A DNA stretch of 64,000 nucleotides, taken from Minisyncoccota bacterium. GTDB lineage: Bacteria > Patescibacteriota > Minisyncoccia > Phycocordibacterales > JABAAK01. Shown in pieces: positions 1 through 8,416 of the stretch (its first letter is position 1; each line of letters opens with the position of its first letter). The stretch is from NCBI GenBank assembly GCA_965222235.1, contig OZ244939.1, positions 323,396-387,395 of the forward strand. The letters run 5' to 3'. The notes beneath the pieces were generated by a model, which did no database searches, was not told where the DNA came from, and saw nothing but the letters and a program-made list of their open reading frames with translations. The translations under genes and the position numbers were made by a program.

Positions 1-171
1 AATCCGCGTGCCGTCATTGCCGTATGCGACATGCTGCACGTTGACCTTGTGACCGGCCGGCAGAGCAAGCTCAAATGCGACCGGAATGAAGCCGTCGGAT
101 TCCTGTGCGGATACGGTTGTGCCGCACCAGCAAAGGAAGACAGCGCATACCGCTGCTGGTATGTTTTTCAT
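1..171 (-). CDS. Secreted protein, N-terminal fragment (gene runs off the window start). Translation MKNIPAAVCAVFLCWCGTTVSAQESDGF... has a signal peptide with a VSA/QE cleavage site.
   Basis: ATG at 171 on the minus strand, with a GAGGGGG Shine-Dalgarno 7 nt upstream. Hydrophobic h-region and AxA-like cleavage site. The frame stays open to position 1. It lies downstream of the left copy of the 40-bp promoter element. Confidence 0.5.
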   Translation of the reverse strand, partial: MKNIPAAVCAVFLCWCGTTVSAQESDGFIPVAFELALPAGHKVNVQHVAYGNDGTRI

Positions 172-225
172 GTTCAACCCCCTCGCTGTTGGGAACCATT
201 CCACGCCCACAAAACAGGCTGGATT

Positions 226-265
226 CTAGTATATATATTACAATATATCTATATTTAAGTCAATA
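226..265 (-). promoter_or_regulatory. Copy 1 of a 40-bp element carrying a sigma70-like promoter (-35 TTGACT, 17-nt spacer, -10 TAATAT) that fires leftward toward the ORF at 171.
   Basis: Exact reverse complement of 1183-1222. Read on the minus strand it gives TTGACT-N17-TAATAT with an inferred start about 55 nt upstream of the ATG at 171. Confidence 0.45.
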
Positions 266-340
266 CACCGTTCATTGCATATTTTGTTAATATGTTGTAT
301 AATATGTTTACATGCTCTTTTGACAACATGGAGAAAAACC

Positions 341-1084
341 ATGCTCCCAGCCACAAAAAAGGCGCTGAAATACATCGGCTCCGTGCTGCTGTGCAGTCTG
401 GCGATCGTTGGTGCTGCATACCTGACGATAATCTGTGATCTGTGGCAGACGACAGATGATGTCTCGGTCACGGTGATCCAAACGCCACCTGTCGTAGAAG
501 ACATCGCCGTACCCGTCAGGGTTACGAAGGTGGAGGTGTTTGAAACGCTATCTTCCTGCGGCACATATTCAGAAATCCTGTATATTCAGGATGGTTTGGA
601 TATGACGGGCGAACCCGTCTACCGGCCCGAGAACAACAAACAGAATATCCGGGCATGGGAATGCGGGATGCGGGATGCGCTGAAACGTATTCTCTCGCAG
701 GCAAGAATCAAGGTGGTGGTTTTTGACCCCCACAAGCAGGTTATTGACCGGCACCCGGTTCTTCCGTACCTCAAAGGATTCCCACCGGTTGCGGAGGGAA
801 TGGAGCAGTACCTCCTTCGGGGCATCGGCCCGCGCGAGGACTGGATGTTACAGCGATATCAGGTGCTCAGCACGCCGCTGTGCCTGGAACGCCTGTCATC
901 TCTGGGGTGGAACCGGAACGGTACCATTGACTCGTGCACCTTTCTTGCTGTGCAGGGCGCTGAGGGTATTCGGAAGAACACCTTTCAATCCCTGCAGACC
1001 AGGAAGATCGCGCCTGGGTACTGGCCGGATCTCAGCATCAGGGAGGTACAGCTGTTTTTCGGCCTCCCGATGCGGAGGATATGA
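341..1084 (+). CDS. Hypothetical protein with one N-terminal transmembrane anchor (about 248 aa)
   Basis: ATG at 341 preceded by GGAGAAAAACC. Its own promoter is TTGCAT-N17-TATAAT at about 275-303. Hydrophobic segment SVLLCSLAIVGAAYLTII. A rho-independent terminator follows. Confidence 0.6.
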   Translation: MLPATKKALKYIGSVLLCSLAIVGAAYLTIICDLWQTTDDVSVTVIQTPPVVEDIAVPVRVTKVEVFETLSSCGTYSEILYIQDGLDMTGEPVYRPENNKQNIRAWECGMRDALKRILSQARIKVVVFDPHKQVIDRHPVLPYLKGFPPVAEGMEQYLLRGIGPREDWMLQRYQVLSTPLCLERLSSLGWNRNGTIDSCTFLAVQGAEGIRKNTFQSLQTRKIAPGYWPDLSIREVQLFFGLPMRRI

Positions 1085-1118
1085 TCTCGCAGTTGCGGAG
1101 GATGTGATCTCGCAGCCA

Positions 1119-1157
1119 AACTTAAAGAGCCCTTGCCACAAGGGCTCTTTTTTTGTG
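1119..1157 (+). terminator. Rho-independent terminator
   Basis: Hairpin AGAGCCCTTGCCACAAGGGCTCT followed by TTTTTTT. Confidence 0.6.
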
Positions 1158-1182
1158 AATTGCACACAAATATCTCACTATA

Positions 1183-1222
1183 TATTGACTTAAATATAGA
1201 TATATTGTAATATATATACTAG
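1183..1222 (+). promoter_or_regulatory. Copy 2 of the 40-bp element: -35 TTGACT (1185-1190), 17-nt spacer, -10 TAATAT (1208-1213), driving the ORF at 1254
   Basis: Perfect inverted duplicate of 226-265. The AAAGGAG ribosome-binding site and ATG at 1254 follow about 30 nt after the predicted start. Confidence 0.5.
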
Positions 1223-1253
1223 AGTCCACCCCCTACAGAAAGGAGCGGCTACC

Positions 1254-1646
1254 ATGAAAAAAACATCGTCCTCCCCGGAACCCGGGAGAACCGCTGTACG
1301 CAAAAGGTTGTTGTGGGTATTCATGATTCTCACCATCCTGTTCCTCATCACCTATTTCATTGCTGACAGGTATTACTATCATCCCGCAACCGGCGTCGGC
1401 ACGACCTCGCCGCCGGAGAGACCTCTCTATGAGGAACAGGCCCAGAAACAGCCTGCTGCGGACGGAAATCGCGAGGAGCCGGCGGCGGAAAACGCACAGC
1501 CCGTCATTCCGAAACTGGACCTCAAGATTCTCAATAGCCCCAAAAAAGATCTGGGCATGGGGACGCAGATGTACCACAGGAACGATGGGCGGGGGGTTGC
1601 CGCGCTGCTGATTCTTGCCACCATTGCAAAGATGTACCGTGGATAG
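1254..1646 (+). CDS. Small membrane protein (130 aa) with an N-terminal transmembrane helix and a Pro/Glu-rich tail
   Basis: Shine-Dalgarno AAAGGAG. TM segment LLWVFMILTILFLITYFIA. A terminator follows. Confidence 0.6.
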   Translation: MKKTSSSPEPGRTAVRKRLLWVFMILTILFLITYFIADRYYYHPATGVGTTSPPERPLYEEQAQKQPAADGNREEPAAENAQPVIPKLDLKILNSPKKDLGMGTQMYHRNDGRGVAALLILATIAKMYRG

Positions 1647-1720
1647 CTCGCCGGTGTACACTACTGTGTTCCGGAACCGTTGATCACCGCTCCATATCGG
1701 ACATTTGTAATGCTATATAA

Positions 1721-1752
1721 AGGCGCATCCGTCAGGGTGCGCCTTATTTTCA
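1721..1752 (+). terminator. Rho-independent terminator
   Basis: AAAGGCGCATCC-GTCA-GGGTGCGCCTT followed by ATTTT. A nearly identical hairpin sequence recurs at 2541-2566. Confidence 0.6.
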
Positions 1753-1848
1753 TACCCTGACTATCCCTCTATTTCTTTACTTTTTTAGATAATATGGTAT
1801 AATATAACCAGACCAAACCCAATCTCTTAACCGAGAGGAGTCCTGACC

Positions 1849-2523
1849 ATGGGAAAATCCTTGGTGAAATTTCACCCCAACCCCCCGATGGTGCCGTGGA
1901 CCCCGCAGCAGCGGCAACATGCACCGTCAGATTCACAGGATCCGCAGACCGAACAGCGGCACCCCTCACCCTCCCCGAAGAAGAACTGGTGGCTACGTGC
2001 AACCGCGAGCGTCACAGCTATCGCCCTGATGCTGACCGCCGGCTTCCTGTGGTGGCCGACGGACGGAATACAGTTCCTCGCCGCGCAGGCCGAGGTGGCG
2101 GAACGCCACAACGCCTGTGATGACATCCGCCATCTGTGGGAAGAGCACACGAGTGCCCAGACCCACAACATGAGGGACAATGTCATCACATTCGTCTCAC
2201 CGGTATGGTGCCAGTACAACTTCGTGCTGGGCCAAAAGTTCAGGGAGAAGATCAACGGCGGAGCGGCGGTCGCGGAACAGAGCCTTCACATCAGAACTGA
2301 GAGCTACAATCTCCAGGTCACCGCACAGTACTGCGCGGATGAATCCGAGTACCAGACCTCTTCTTCCCCGATCAGTCGTATGTGCACCGGACTGTGGAAA
2401 ATCATGAGAGGAAAACCGGAATCTGTCGTCCGCACAAACGCAAAGACGACCAGGAACGGACTTCCCCAGATCTACATGAAGGACATAGAGATGATCCTCG
2501 GGAAAAGAATCAGAATCCCCTGA
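1849..2523 (+). CDS. Hypothetical membrane-anchored protein (224 aa)
   Basis: Shine-Dalgarno GAGAGGAG and an extended -10 TGGTATAAT upstream. TM segment LRATASVTAIALMLTAGFLWW. Confidence 0.6.
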   Translation: MGKSLVKFHPNPPMVPWTPQQRQHAPSDSQDPQTEQRHPSPSPKKNWWLRATASVTAIALMLTAGFLWWPTDGIQFLAAQAEVAERHNACDDIRHLWEEHTSAQTHNMRDNVITFVSPVWCQYNFVLGQKFREKINGGAAVAEQSLHIRTESYNLQVTAQYCADESEYQTSSSPISRMCTGLWKIMRGKPESVVRTNAKTTRNGLPQIYMKDIEMILGKRIRIP

Positions 2524-2540
2524 CTTTTTTGACTCTTTAA

Positions 2541-2575
2541 AGGCGCATCCACAAGGGTGCGCCTGCTTTTTTTAA
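2541..2575 (+). terminator. Rho-independent terminator, possibly bidirectional
   Basis: AAAGGCGCATCC-ACAA-GGGTGCGCC followed by TGCTTTTTTT. It lies between the convergent genes ending at 2523 and at 2593. Confidence 0.6.
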
Positions 2576-2592
2576 ACACACTAACATTCGGG

Positions 2593-3273
2593 CTACGGAT
2601 AGCATATATCAGGAAATGTATCACAATCAATAGCTGGTGAATCCCCTTCGTCCGGACCTCCGACCGGCTGTCCACCGTCAACCGGCTGTCCACCGTCAAC
2701 CGGCTGTCCACCGTCAACCGGCTGTTCACCGTCAACCGGCTGTCCACCGTTATGAGGATTGGGTCTGAGGCCGTCATCAGGGGGAATGACTGTTCCGGGC
2801 GGATCAGTGGGGATGATTGTTCCGGGCGGATCAGTGGGGATGATTGTTCCGGGCGGATCAGTGGGGATGATTGTTCCGGGCGGATCAGTACCACCTTTCG
2901 GCAGGATAAAAGAAAATATCTTGGGGGATCCGACTCGTTCGCCGAACAGCACGAGGCTGAAGAAATGAACAATTCCCCACACACTAACCAACACGAAAAT
3001 GGCCAATAGTCCCCAGAATATTTTATTTCTCGCCTCTTCCAACTTATTACTCCCGCTATTTTGGATAAAAGTGGCAATACCCCAAAAGAAAAAGAGGAAC
3101 GCGGCGGTAACAGCCAAAATTATGAGAATATCAAATACGGTAAGAATCGCGGACAGGGTATCAACAACTCTCTGCACTTCCACCTCGGCGGGCGTTTTCG
3201 TTTGCCCGTGTGCGATGACTGGAAATGCGAGCGTAGTACTTCCGATGACAGAAAAAAGGTATATCTTTTTCAT
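2593..3273 (-). CDS. Secreted membrane protein with signal peptide, two hydrophobic helices (VirB2/TrbC-pilin-like architecture) and a C-terminal tandem-repeat tail (TDPPGTIIP x4, GGQPVD x5)
   Basis: Signal peptide MKKIYLFSVIGSTTLAFPVIAHGQ. The pattern FWGxxxF...KxxWGLLAIFVLVSVWGIV is shared with the paralogs at 7591, 8090 and 8413. The repeats are in frame. Confidence 0.6.
   Translation of the reverse strand: MKKIYLFSVIGSTTLAFPVIAHGQTKTPAEVEVQRVVDTLSAILTVFDILIILAVTAAFLFFFWGIATFIQNSGSNKLEEARNKIFWGLLAIFVLVSVWGIVHFFSLVLFGERVGSPKIFSFILPKGGTDPPGTIIPTDPPGTIIPTDPPGTIIPTDPPGTVIPPDDGLRPNPHNGGQPVDGEQPVDGGQPVDGGQPVDGGQPVGGPDEGDSPAIDCDTFPDICYP
2656..2895. repeat. Two in-frame tandem repeat blocks: an 18-nt unit x5 (about 2656-2745) and a 27-nt unit x4 (about 2788-2895)
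   Basis: GTCAACCGGCTGTCCACC repeated five times. TGATTGTTCCGGGCGGATCAGTGGGGA repeated four times. They encode the PVDGGQ and TDPPGTIIP peptide repeats of the gene at 2593-3273. Confidence 0.8.
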
Positions 3274-3361
3274 TACGAACAGTATAGCAACAAATATCGA
3301 CGGATGATGTTTTTTCCATACCGCGAAACTGGTTATTGAAATTGAACCATTGGCGGGGCGG

Positions 3362-3727
3362 TCACCTTACCCCTCCCGGCGAAGTTGGAGACGGTCGCTC
3401 TACCTCTCCCGGCGTTCGCCGTACCAATTCATATTCACCGAACTCCACATCTTTTGGCTTCAGATCAATATCAGAGTTCGCCAGCCTGCTGATAAAGCTG
3501 AATATAGTGTAAATGGAGAATATGATGAAGATGCCGAATATAATGATGGCCATCCGTTTAAACATCTCTCCCCGCTCGCTCGCCGAGTCGGCATTGTGGA
3601 TAAATCGGATGGCGGCGAAAATAAATAGCAGGAGAGCCAGGAACGCCATGAGGGCGATGAGAGGATCAACTAAGATAGTGATAATCCTGTTTCCGAACTC
3701 TGCCGCTGAAAATGCGTATACTTCCAT
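3362..3727 (-). CDS. Small membrane protein with two transmembrane helices (VirB2/TrbC-like), 121 aa
   Basis: ATG at 3727. Hydrophobic segments ITILVDPLIALMAFLALLLFIFAAI and MAIIIFGIFIIFSIYTIF. It sits between the pilin genes and the gene at 2593. Confidence 0.5.
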   Translation of the reverse strand: MEVYAFSAAEFGNRIITILVDPLIALMAFLALLLFIFAAIRFIHNADSASERGEMFKRMAIIIFGIFIIFSIYTIFSFISRLANSDIDLKPKDVEFGEYELVRRTPGEVERPSPTSPGGVR

Positions 3728-3768
3728 ATATGTATATACTACCTCACTTTAATGAATGTATATCCCCC

Positions 3769-4239
3769 CTATTCACTGCCGAGACCCGCACAGCTTCTGT
3801 CTTGTACATCAATATAATCGGTTCTGAACTGTTTCGGATTGCCGTTAGTACTGTCGGCACAATAGGCGTTGGCGCCCTTCGCCGTGCTCAGCGCAAAGTT
3901 CTCAAATATAACGAAAGTATTGTTTGAGGTGTTAACAATACAGTACAGCACGCCGATTGATGCTCCTGTTTCATTTTCTTCCGTGCTGATCCGATCACTT
4001 GTTTCAACGGCAACGGATCCGGATGGGCATATATAACTCGCCTCCACATTTTCTCTCACGGCAACCTCGTATGTTACCAACATCTCTCTCACCGATTGCG
4101 ATACATTAAACTGCGCCTTTTTCCTCTGCGCATTCGGCACTTCATCCGACAGATTGCCGATGATGATGGTGGCGAGGATGCCGATGATCGCGATGACGAT
4201 GAGCAACTCAACCAAAGTAAAGCCTTTATTTCTTATCAT
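3769..4239 (-). CDS. Type IV pilin or pseudopilin (class III signal MIRNKG|FTLVELLIVIAIIGILA)
   Basis: N-terminal prepilin-peptidase motif G/FTLxELL, a conserved Glu at +5 and a Cys pair in the C-terminal half. It is the fourth gene in the minus-strand tandem array. Confidence 0.75.
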   Translation of the reverse strand: MIRNKGFTLVELLIVIAIIGILATIIIGNLSDEVPNAQRKKAQFNVSQSVREMLVTYEVAVRENVEASYICPSGSVAVETSDRISTEENETGASIGVLYCIVNTSNNTFVIFENFALSTAKGANAYCADSTNGNPKQFRTDYIDVQDRSCAGLGSE

Positions 4240-4285
4240 GTTGTGTATACCTATTTTCAGAGTGTTGTGAAACATCGTCTGTGCA

Positions 4286-4747
4286 TTAATCAAGATCCTC
4301 GCATGTATCATCCGCAGGATTACTGTTGTCGGTCTCAACCTTCCTCGGGTTGTTGTCCTCAGAATCTGCGCAGTATGCATTGGCATCAGTTTCCCCTATT
4401 GTTTTAAAGTTCTCAAAGATAACAAATTCATTGTCCGATGAATCAAGTATGCAGTACAGCACACCGATTGATGTTCCTGTTTCATTTACTTCTTCGGTGT
4501 CGTCGTCATCGGCACCCGAAACCGTAACAGAACCGGAAGGACATTCATAGTCCGCATCAGGATTATCTCTCACCGCTATTTCATGCTTGGTAATAACACC
4601 CCTCACTGCCTGTGCTACATTGAACTGAGCTTTCTTCTTCTGAGCATTACTGGTCTGATCCGTTAATGTGACAACAATGATGGAGGCGAGAATACCGATA
4701 ATCGCCACGACAATGAGCAACTCTATTAATGTGAACCCTTTCTTCAT
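4286..4747 (-). CDS. Type IV pilin or pseudopilin (MKKG|FTLIELLIVVAIIGILA)
   Basis: Prepilin motif and an acidic C-terminal domain with a Cys pair. An alternative TTG start lies at 4762. Confidence 0.75.
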   Translation of the reverse strand: MKKGFTLIELLIVVAIIGILASIIVVTLTDQTSNAQKKKAQFNVAQAVRGVITKHEIAVRDNPDADYECPSGSVTVSGADDDDTEEVNETGTSIGVLYCILDSSDNEFVIFENFKTIGETDANAYCADSEDNNPRKVETDNSNPADDTCEDLD

Positions 4748-4926
4748 ATATGCTGTTGGCAAATTAGTATGTGTGTAGTATACCCTATCTCACGGCTTCT
4801 ATGGAAAAACATACTGTCATTCGCATCTGAGGTGAATAAAACTGATCTTGTGCACATCATCAAGAATAAAAGAAAACACTCCCAACATGATTAGAAGTGT
4901 TCTCTTTATAAAGTGGGTTTTGTTGA

Positions 4927-5517
4927 CTACGATCCGACACCGTCTGTTCCATCATCACACTTAGCCGTATTTATGTGAGCAGCTGTTTCAGGTACACTGG
5001 TCAACTTACTGGTACCAACGCTACCGTATGAATCTAGGCAAAAGTATTTTGCGGAATCCTCAGATAATTGACCCCACACTGCCCAACCACCTTTATTAGA
5101 AGCACAACCATACCGTATTGTGTTACCAGTGACAGGAGCAGTGCCTTGAGCAACGGCTGCTGCAGCATCAGTGGCATCTACAAAAGGAGCTATGTACATA
5201 TTTACTTGTGTAGTACCGCTGCCCGTTGTTACAGTATTACTTGCCTGACCTTTTACTGTTTCAAATATAGTGTCCATAATACTTTTAACAGACTCAAGCG
5301 TACAGACTGTGCTCTGTTGGAAACTTGAAAGATTATTAGCTGCTTCATTACTCACCGCTGTAGCAACGGATCGCAAGTTAGATTTCAATGCTGCATCACT
5401 CGCCTTTGACCCTTGCCCGGTAAGCGAAACAACTACGATTGATGCCAATATACCAATGATGGCCACGACAATGAGCAACTCTATTAATGTGAATCCTTTT
5501 TTCATATTTATTTTCAT
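4927..5517 (-). CDS. Type IV pilin or pseudopilin (MKINMKKG|FTLIELLIVVAIIGILA)
   Basis: Prepilin motif. An alternative ATG lies at 5505. The C-terminal domain is Ser/Thr/Ala-rich and divergent. Confidence 0.75.
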   Translation of the reverse strand: MKINMKKGFTLIELLIVVAIIGILASIVVVSLTGQGSKASDAALKSNLRSVATAVSNEAANNLSSFQQSTVCTLESVKSIMDTIFETVKGQASNTVTTGSGTTQVNMYIAPFVDATDAAAAVAQGTAPVTGNTIRYGCASNKGGWAVWGQLSEDSAKYFCLDSYGSVGTSKLTSVPETAAHINTAKCDDGTDGVGS

Positions 5518-5546
5518 ATTACTTTATAATATTTTACCATGCGTCT

Positions 5547-5993
5547 TTACCGTGTAAGTGAGTTCAGTGTTCCGGTACAATACTTATCATTGGCATCAAT
5601 CTCTGTCTCCGAAATGTCCGAAGTTATATCTTTTGGCGTCGGGCTATTTTTATCCGCACACCAAACCGAAAGGTTGGTCGGGGTTGCTCTTGAGTATACC
5701 TCAAAGACCAAGAAATCTCCGCTGGTGTCTATATTCCTACAGTATAAAACACTTTCCTGTGCGATGTTATCCACGATCGACGCAGTTCCTTGAGGACAAG
5801 CAACATCAACCTTACCTTCAGCAGCTTGTTTGATAAACATTGTTCTTACGGCTTGAGCAACATTGGCTTTTGCTTTATTCTTTCTTGCTGTCTCTGATGA
5901 ATCACCTAATGAGATAACAACAATACCGGCGAGTATCCCTATAATAGAAACCACAATCAGAAGCTCAATGAGCGTGAAACCTTTAGCCTGCAT
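5547..5993 (-). CDS. Type IV pilin, likely the major pilin (MQAKG|FTLIELLIVVSIIGILA)
   Basis: It is the first gene of the array and the only one with a strong Shine-Dalgarno (TTAGGAGTGC then ATG). Prepilin motif and a Cys pair. Confidence 0.8.
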   Translation of the reverse strand: MQAKGFTLIELLIVVSIIGILAGIVVISLGDSSETARKNKAKANVAQAVRTMFIKQAAEGKVDVACPQGTASIVDNIAQESVLYCRNIDTSGDFLVFEVYSRATPTNLSVWCADKNSPTPKDITSDISETEIDANDKYCTGTLNSLTR

Positions 5994-6529
5994 GCACTCC
6001 TAATGTTACTGTATGTGGGATAATAACACAAGGGGCTGGTGGCGGGATATTGTGGAAAATGTCCACCCACTCCTATCAATACTCAAAAAAACATACATGG
6101 GCCGAGGGTTAATCAAAAGCATTCAGAAGCGTCGTTGTCTTGAGCAAATCGGCATCAATCCCTCTAGATATCAGACAATTATTGTAATATGTGTGCCATA
6201 CCTTGGTTTTATACCATGTTCCTTCCTTTCTGTTTTCGGCACAAGATATTTGAACTGCTTCGGACACATCATCCTCACTGCAGGTGAGGGTATTGAAGTG
6301 ATGTATTGCCGCTTTTGTGCTGAAATTCGCGCACAAAGCAGCTACCGAAGCCAGTCTAATTTCATACCACCAAAAGATACCGATACCACTTAAATGAGAA
6401 CACGGTTTCCCGCTTCATTCACAATATACCGCATATATAAAACTGTGCAGATACACAATAACGAGCCCCCCTGCACACAGATGCGTACAGGGGGGGCAAA
6501 GCCCACGAAAAACGGGCTCGGACGAATCA

Positions 6530-7366
6530 TCAGAGGCCGAACGGGATTCGAATTTCGGCAGTCGCCGAAAGCTCGTCCTCCAAATCATCAGGCATGAAGG
6601 CGTTCGTGACGCTTGCGCCGACCTCAAAGTGGTTGAACGCGTGCCGTATCGAAACACCGACCCGGGGCGTGAGGTCGTCATCATCGCCTTCCGAAAGATC
6701 AACGGTGCCCAGAGAGGTCTTGGCCTCGTTGCTGAGCTCCTTGTCCAGATGCCCACTGATACGGAACGAGGTCGTTTCTCCCAGAGCGAACGCGTGAGTT
6801 GCCGTCACACCGACGCTCGTTCCGGAGAATGACTTGATCTGCGGAAACGGATCGTCGGCATACTGGTAGGCGATGCGGGCATAGATGTTCTTGTGCCCCG
6901 CTTCCCCGTAAATGCCCATCGAATCGATGTCGTCAAGGGTCCGCTTCATGCCCTTCTTGAACCCCACCGCCACGTTGGCGAAGAGATCCTCAAACCCAGG
7001 ACCGGAGGAATTGATGCCGAGACCGACATTGACGTATGACGGATCGCCGTCAACGGCGGGAAAACCGCTGACCTCATGCTCGGCAGACACAGCAGCCCCG
7101 GCATTCCCGAACACGGAAAACGTGTCGTTCAGACCGAAAATGACGGTGCCGCTGAGACCGGCGTTGTGGTAGTCCTCCGCGAAAACGGTTGAGGCACCGA
7201 TTGACCCCCGGCTCTCAGTGCCGGTACAACCGCCTTCATAGCCGGGGATGCCGGGAAAAACAGCGAGACCGTCGTGTCCGGCAACCGACTGATCGTCAGC
7301 CAAGGCTGCCGTCCCCAGGGAACAGAACAGCACAAGAGCCGTCGAAACCGCGAGTAAGTGTTTCAT
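6530..7366 (-). CDS. Secreted Gly/Ser/Thr-rich protein with signal peptide (MKHLLAVSTALVLFCSLGTAALA), alternating-hydrophobic beta-strand pattern and an aromatic C-terminus; possibly beta-barrel or porin-like
   Basis: Signal peptide, no internal TM helix. Stretches such as GVSIRHAFNHFEVGASVTNAF look amphipathic-beta. The protein ends ...IRIPFGL. Confidence 0.5.
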   Translation of the reverse strand: MKHLLAVSTALVLFCSLGTAALADDQSVAGHDGLAVFPGIPGYEGGCTGTESRGSIGASTVFAEDYHNAGLSGTVIFGLNDTFSVFGNAGAAVSAEHEVSGFPAVDGDPSYVNVGLGINSSGPGFEDLFANVAVGFKKGMKRTLDDIDSMGIYGEAGHKNIYARIAYQYADDPFPQIKSFSGTSVGVTATHAFALGETTSFRISGHLDKELSNEAKTSLGTVDLSEGDDDDLTPRVGVSIRHAFNHFEVGASVTNAFMPDDLEDELSATAEIRIPFGL

Positions 7367-7590
7367 CCTTCACGCTCCTTTTGCATGTGAAATTGAACGA
7401 GCAGACCTGGCTCAGAAACCGAACCTGTATGAATTATAGACAGTTATTGAAGAAATGTCAATCAGCACAGAATCTCTGCAACCGACGAATATTCTGCCGA
7501 AAACCTGCTATTTCATCGGCAGAACAGCCCGCACAAAACCATCCAAAAGGCACCGCCCAGGGACCGTAAATATGAGAAATACAATCCTGA

Positions 7591-7983
7591 TTAAGTCTTA
7601 TTGGTAACAGTTGGCAATTGGATTGGATTGGTTTTTCCCGCGTCAATACCGATTACATTTCTGATGAATATAATGATTCCCCACAGTGACGTTAGCACCA
7701 CAAGCGCTATGACTCCCCACATCATCCCTCTCTTTGCCTCATCTTTCTTTTCACCGCCGCCGAGAACATAGGTACCGAGATTCCAAAAGAAATACAAAAA
7801 TGCCAACGCCACCGCAATGGCCGTGGCAGTATTAACAAGTTTCCCAAAAGCGGCAAGGTTCGCTTGAAGATCTCCAAATTGGTTCTCCGTCGCCGCCAGG
7901 GTGACACAGGTCGTCGAAATGATAAGTACGGGGGCCAGCAGAACCATGCCCCACATTTGTATATTTTTCACTACTATTTTCAT
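7591..7983 (-). CDS. VirB2/TrbC-like small secreted membrane protein (paralog family)
   Basis: ATG at 7983, with an alternative at 7956. Signal peptide, then AIAVALAFLYFFWNLGTYVLGGG ... KRGMMWGVIALVVLTSLWGIIIF. Confidence 0.55.
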   Translation of the reverse strand: MKIVVKNIQMWGMVLLAPVLIISTTCVTLAATENQFGDLQANLAAFGKLVNTATAIAVALAFLYFFWNLGTYVLGGGEKKDEAKRGMMWGVIALVVLTSLWGIIIFIRNVIGIDAGKTNPIQLPTVTNKT

Positions 7984-8089
7984 AATATAAATTTTGACTA
8001 AAATTTTAGTAACATTGCCGGCACTTTCAACTATACACCCATGATATCTACTCAATAGACAGTTGTTAAACATATGTGGAAAACTCCCT

Positions 8090-8416
8090 CTATCCGCCGA
8101 AAAATAGCCGTATTATCTCCAGCATCCCCCACAGTGAAAAGACCAGCAACAGAATGAGCACCGGGTACAGAAGTCGCTTTTTCGCCAGCCCCGCAAGACC
8201 TTTCTCCCCCCGATTGGCCGCGAGTATATATGAAGCAATACTTATCACAAACACGAGAAAGAGCAGCGCGATGGCCAACGGTATAAGCACCCCTCCAACC
8301 ACCTGTATCACGGAATTAACAATGCTGCTGAGCGTCTGGGCCGAGGCGGTCTGCGGGATACTGATCCCCAGCACGATGCACATCCATACGCTGCTCTGTT
8401 CTACCGCCCACCTCAT
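8090..8416 (-). CDS. VirB2/TrbC-like pilin-type protein (signal peptide plus two hydrophobic segments)
   Basis: MCIVLGISIPQTASAQT then VVGGVLIPLAIALLFLVFVISIASYILAANRGEKG ... LYPVLILLLVFSLWGMLEII. Confidence 0.6.
   Translation of the reverse strand: MRWAVEQSSVWMCIVLGISIPQTASAQTLSSIVNSVIQVVGGVLIPLAIALLFLVFVISIASYILAANRGEKGLAGLAKKRLLYPVLILLLVFSLWGMLEIIRLFFGG

Noticed and set aside
238-564. Minus-strand 108-aa ORF overlapping the 40-bp promoter element and the 5' end of gene 341-1084
   Set aside because: It runs antisense through a promoter and another gene's start, with no ribosome-binding site. The real minus-strand gene starts at 171 and runs leftward.
2752-3009. Plus-strand ORFs (2752-3009, 2759-2968) and possible CRISPR-like regular repeats at 2640-2895
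   Set aside because: The repeat units are 18 and 27 nt, contiguous with no spacers, and in frame within the minus-strand gene 2593-3273. They are coding tandem repeats, not a CRISPR array. The antisense ORFs are artefacts of the repeat.
6013-6393. Small ORFs between the pilin array and the porin-like gene (6013-6393 plus strand; 6109-6336 minus strand)
   Set aside because: They are mutually overlapping on opposite strands, have no ribosome-binding site and no pilin or other motif. The interval also contains a terminator-like hairpin (6470-6505). Probably non-coding.
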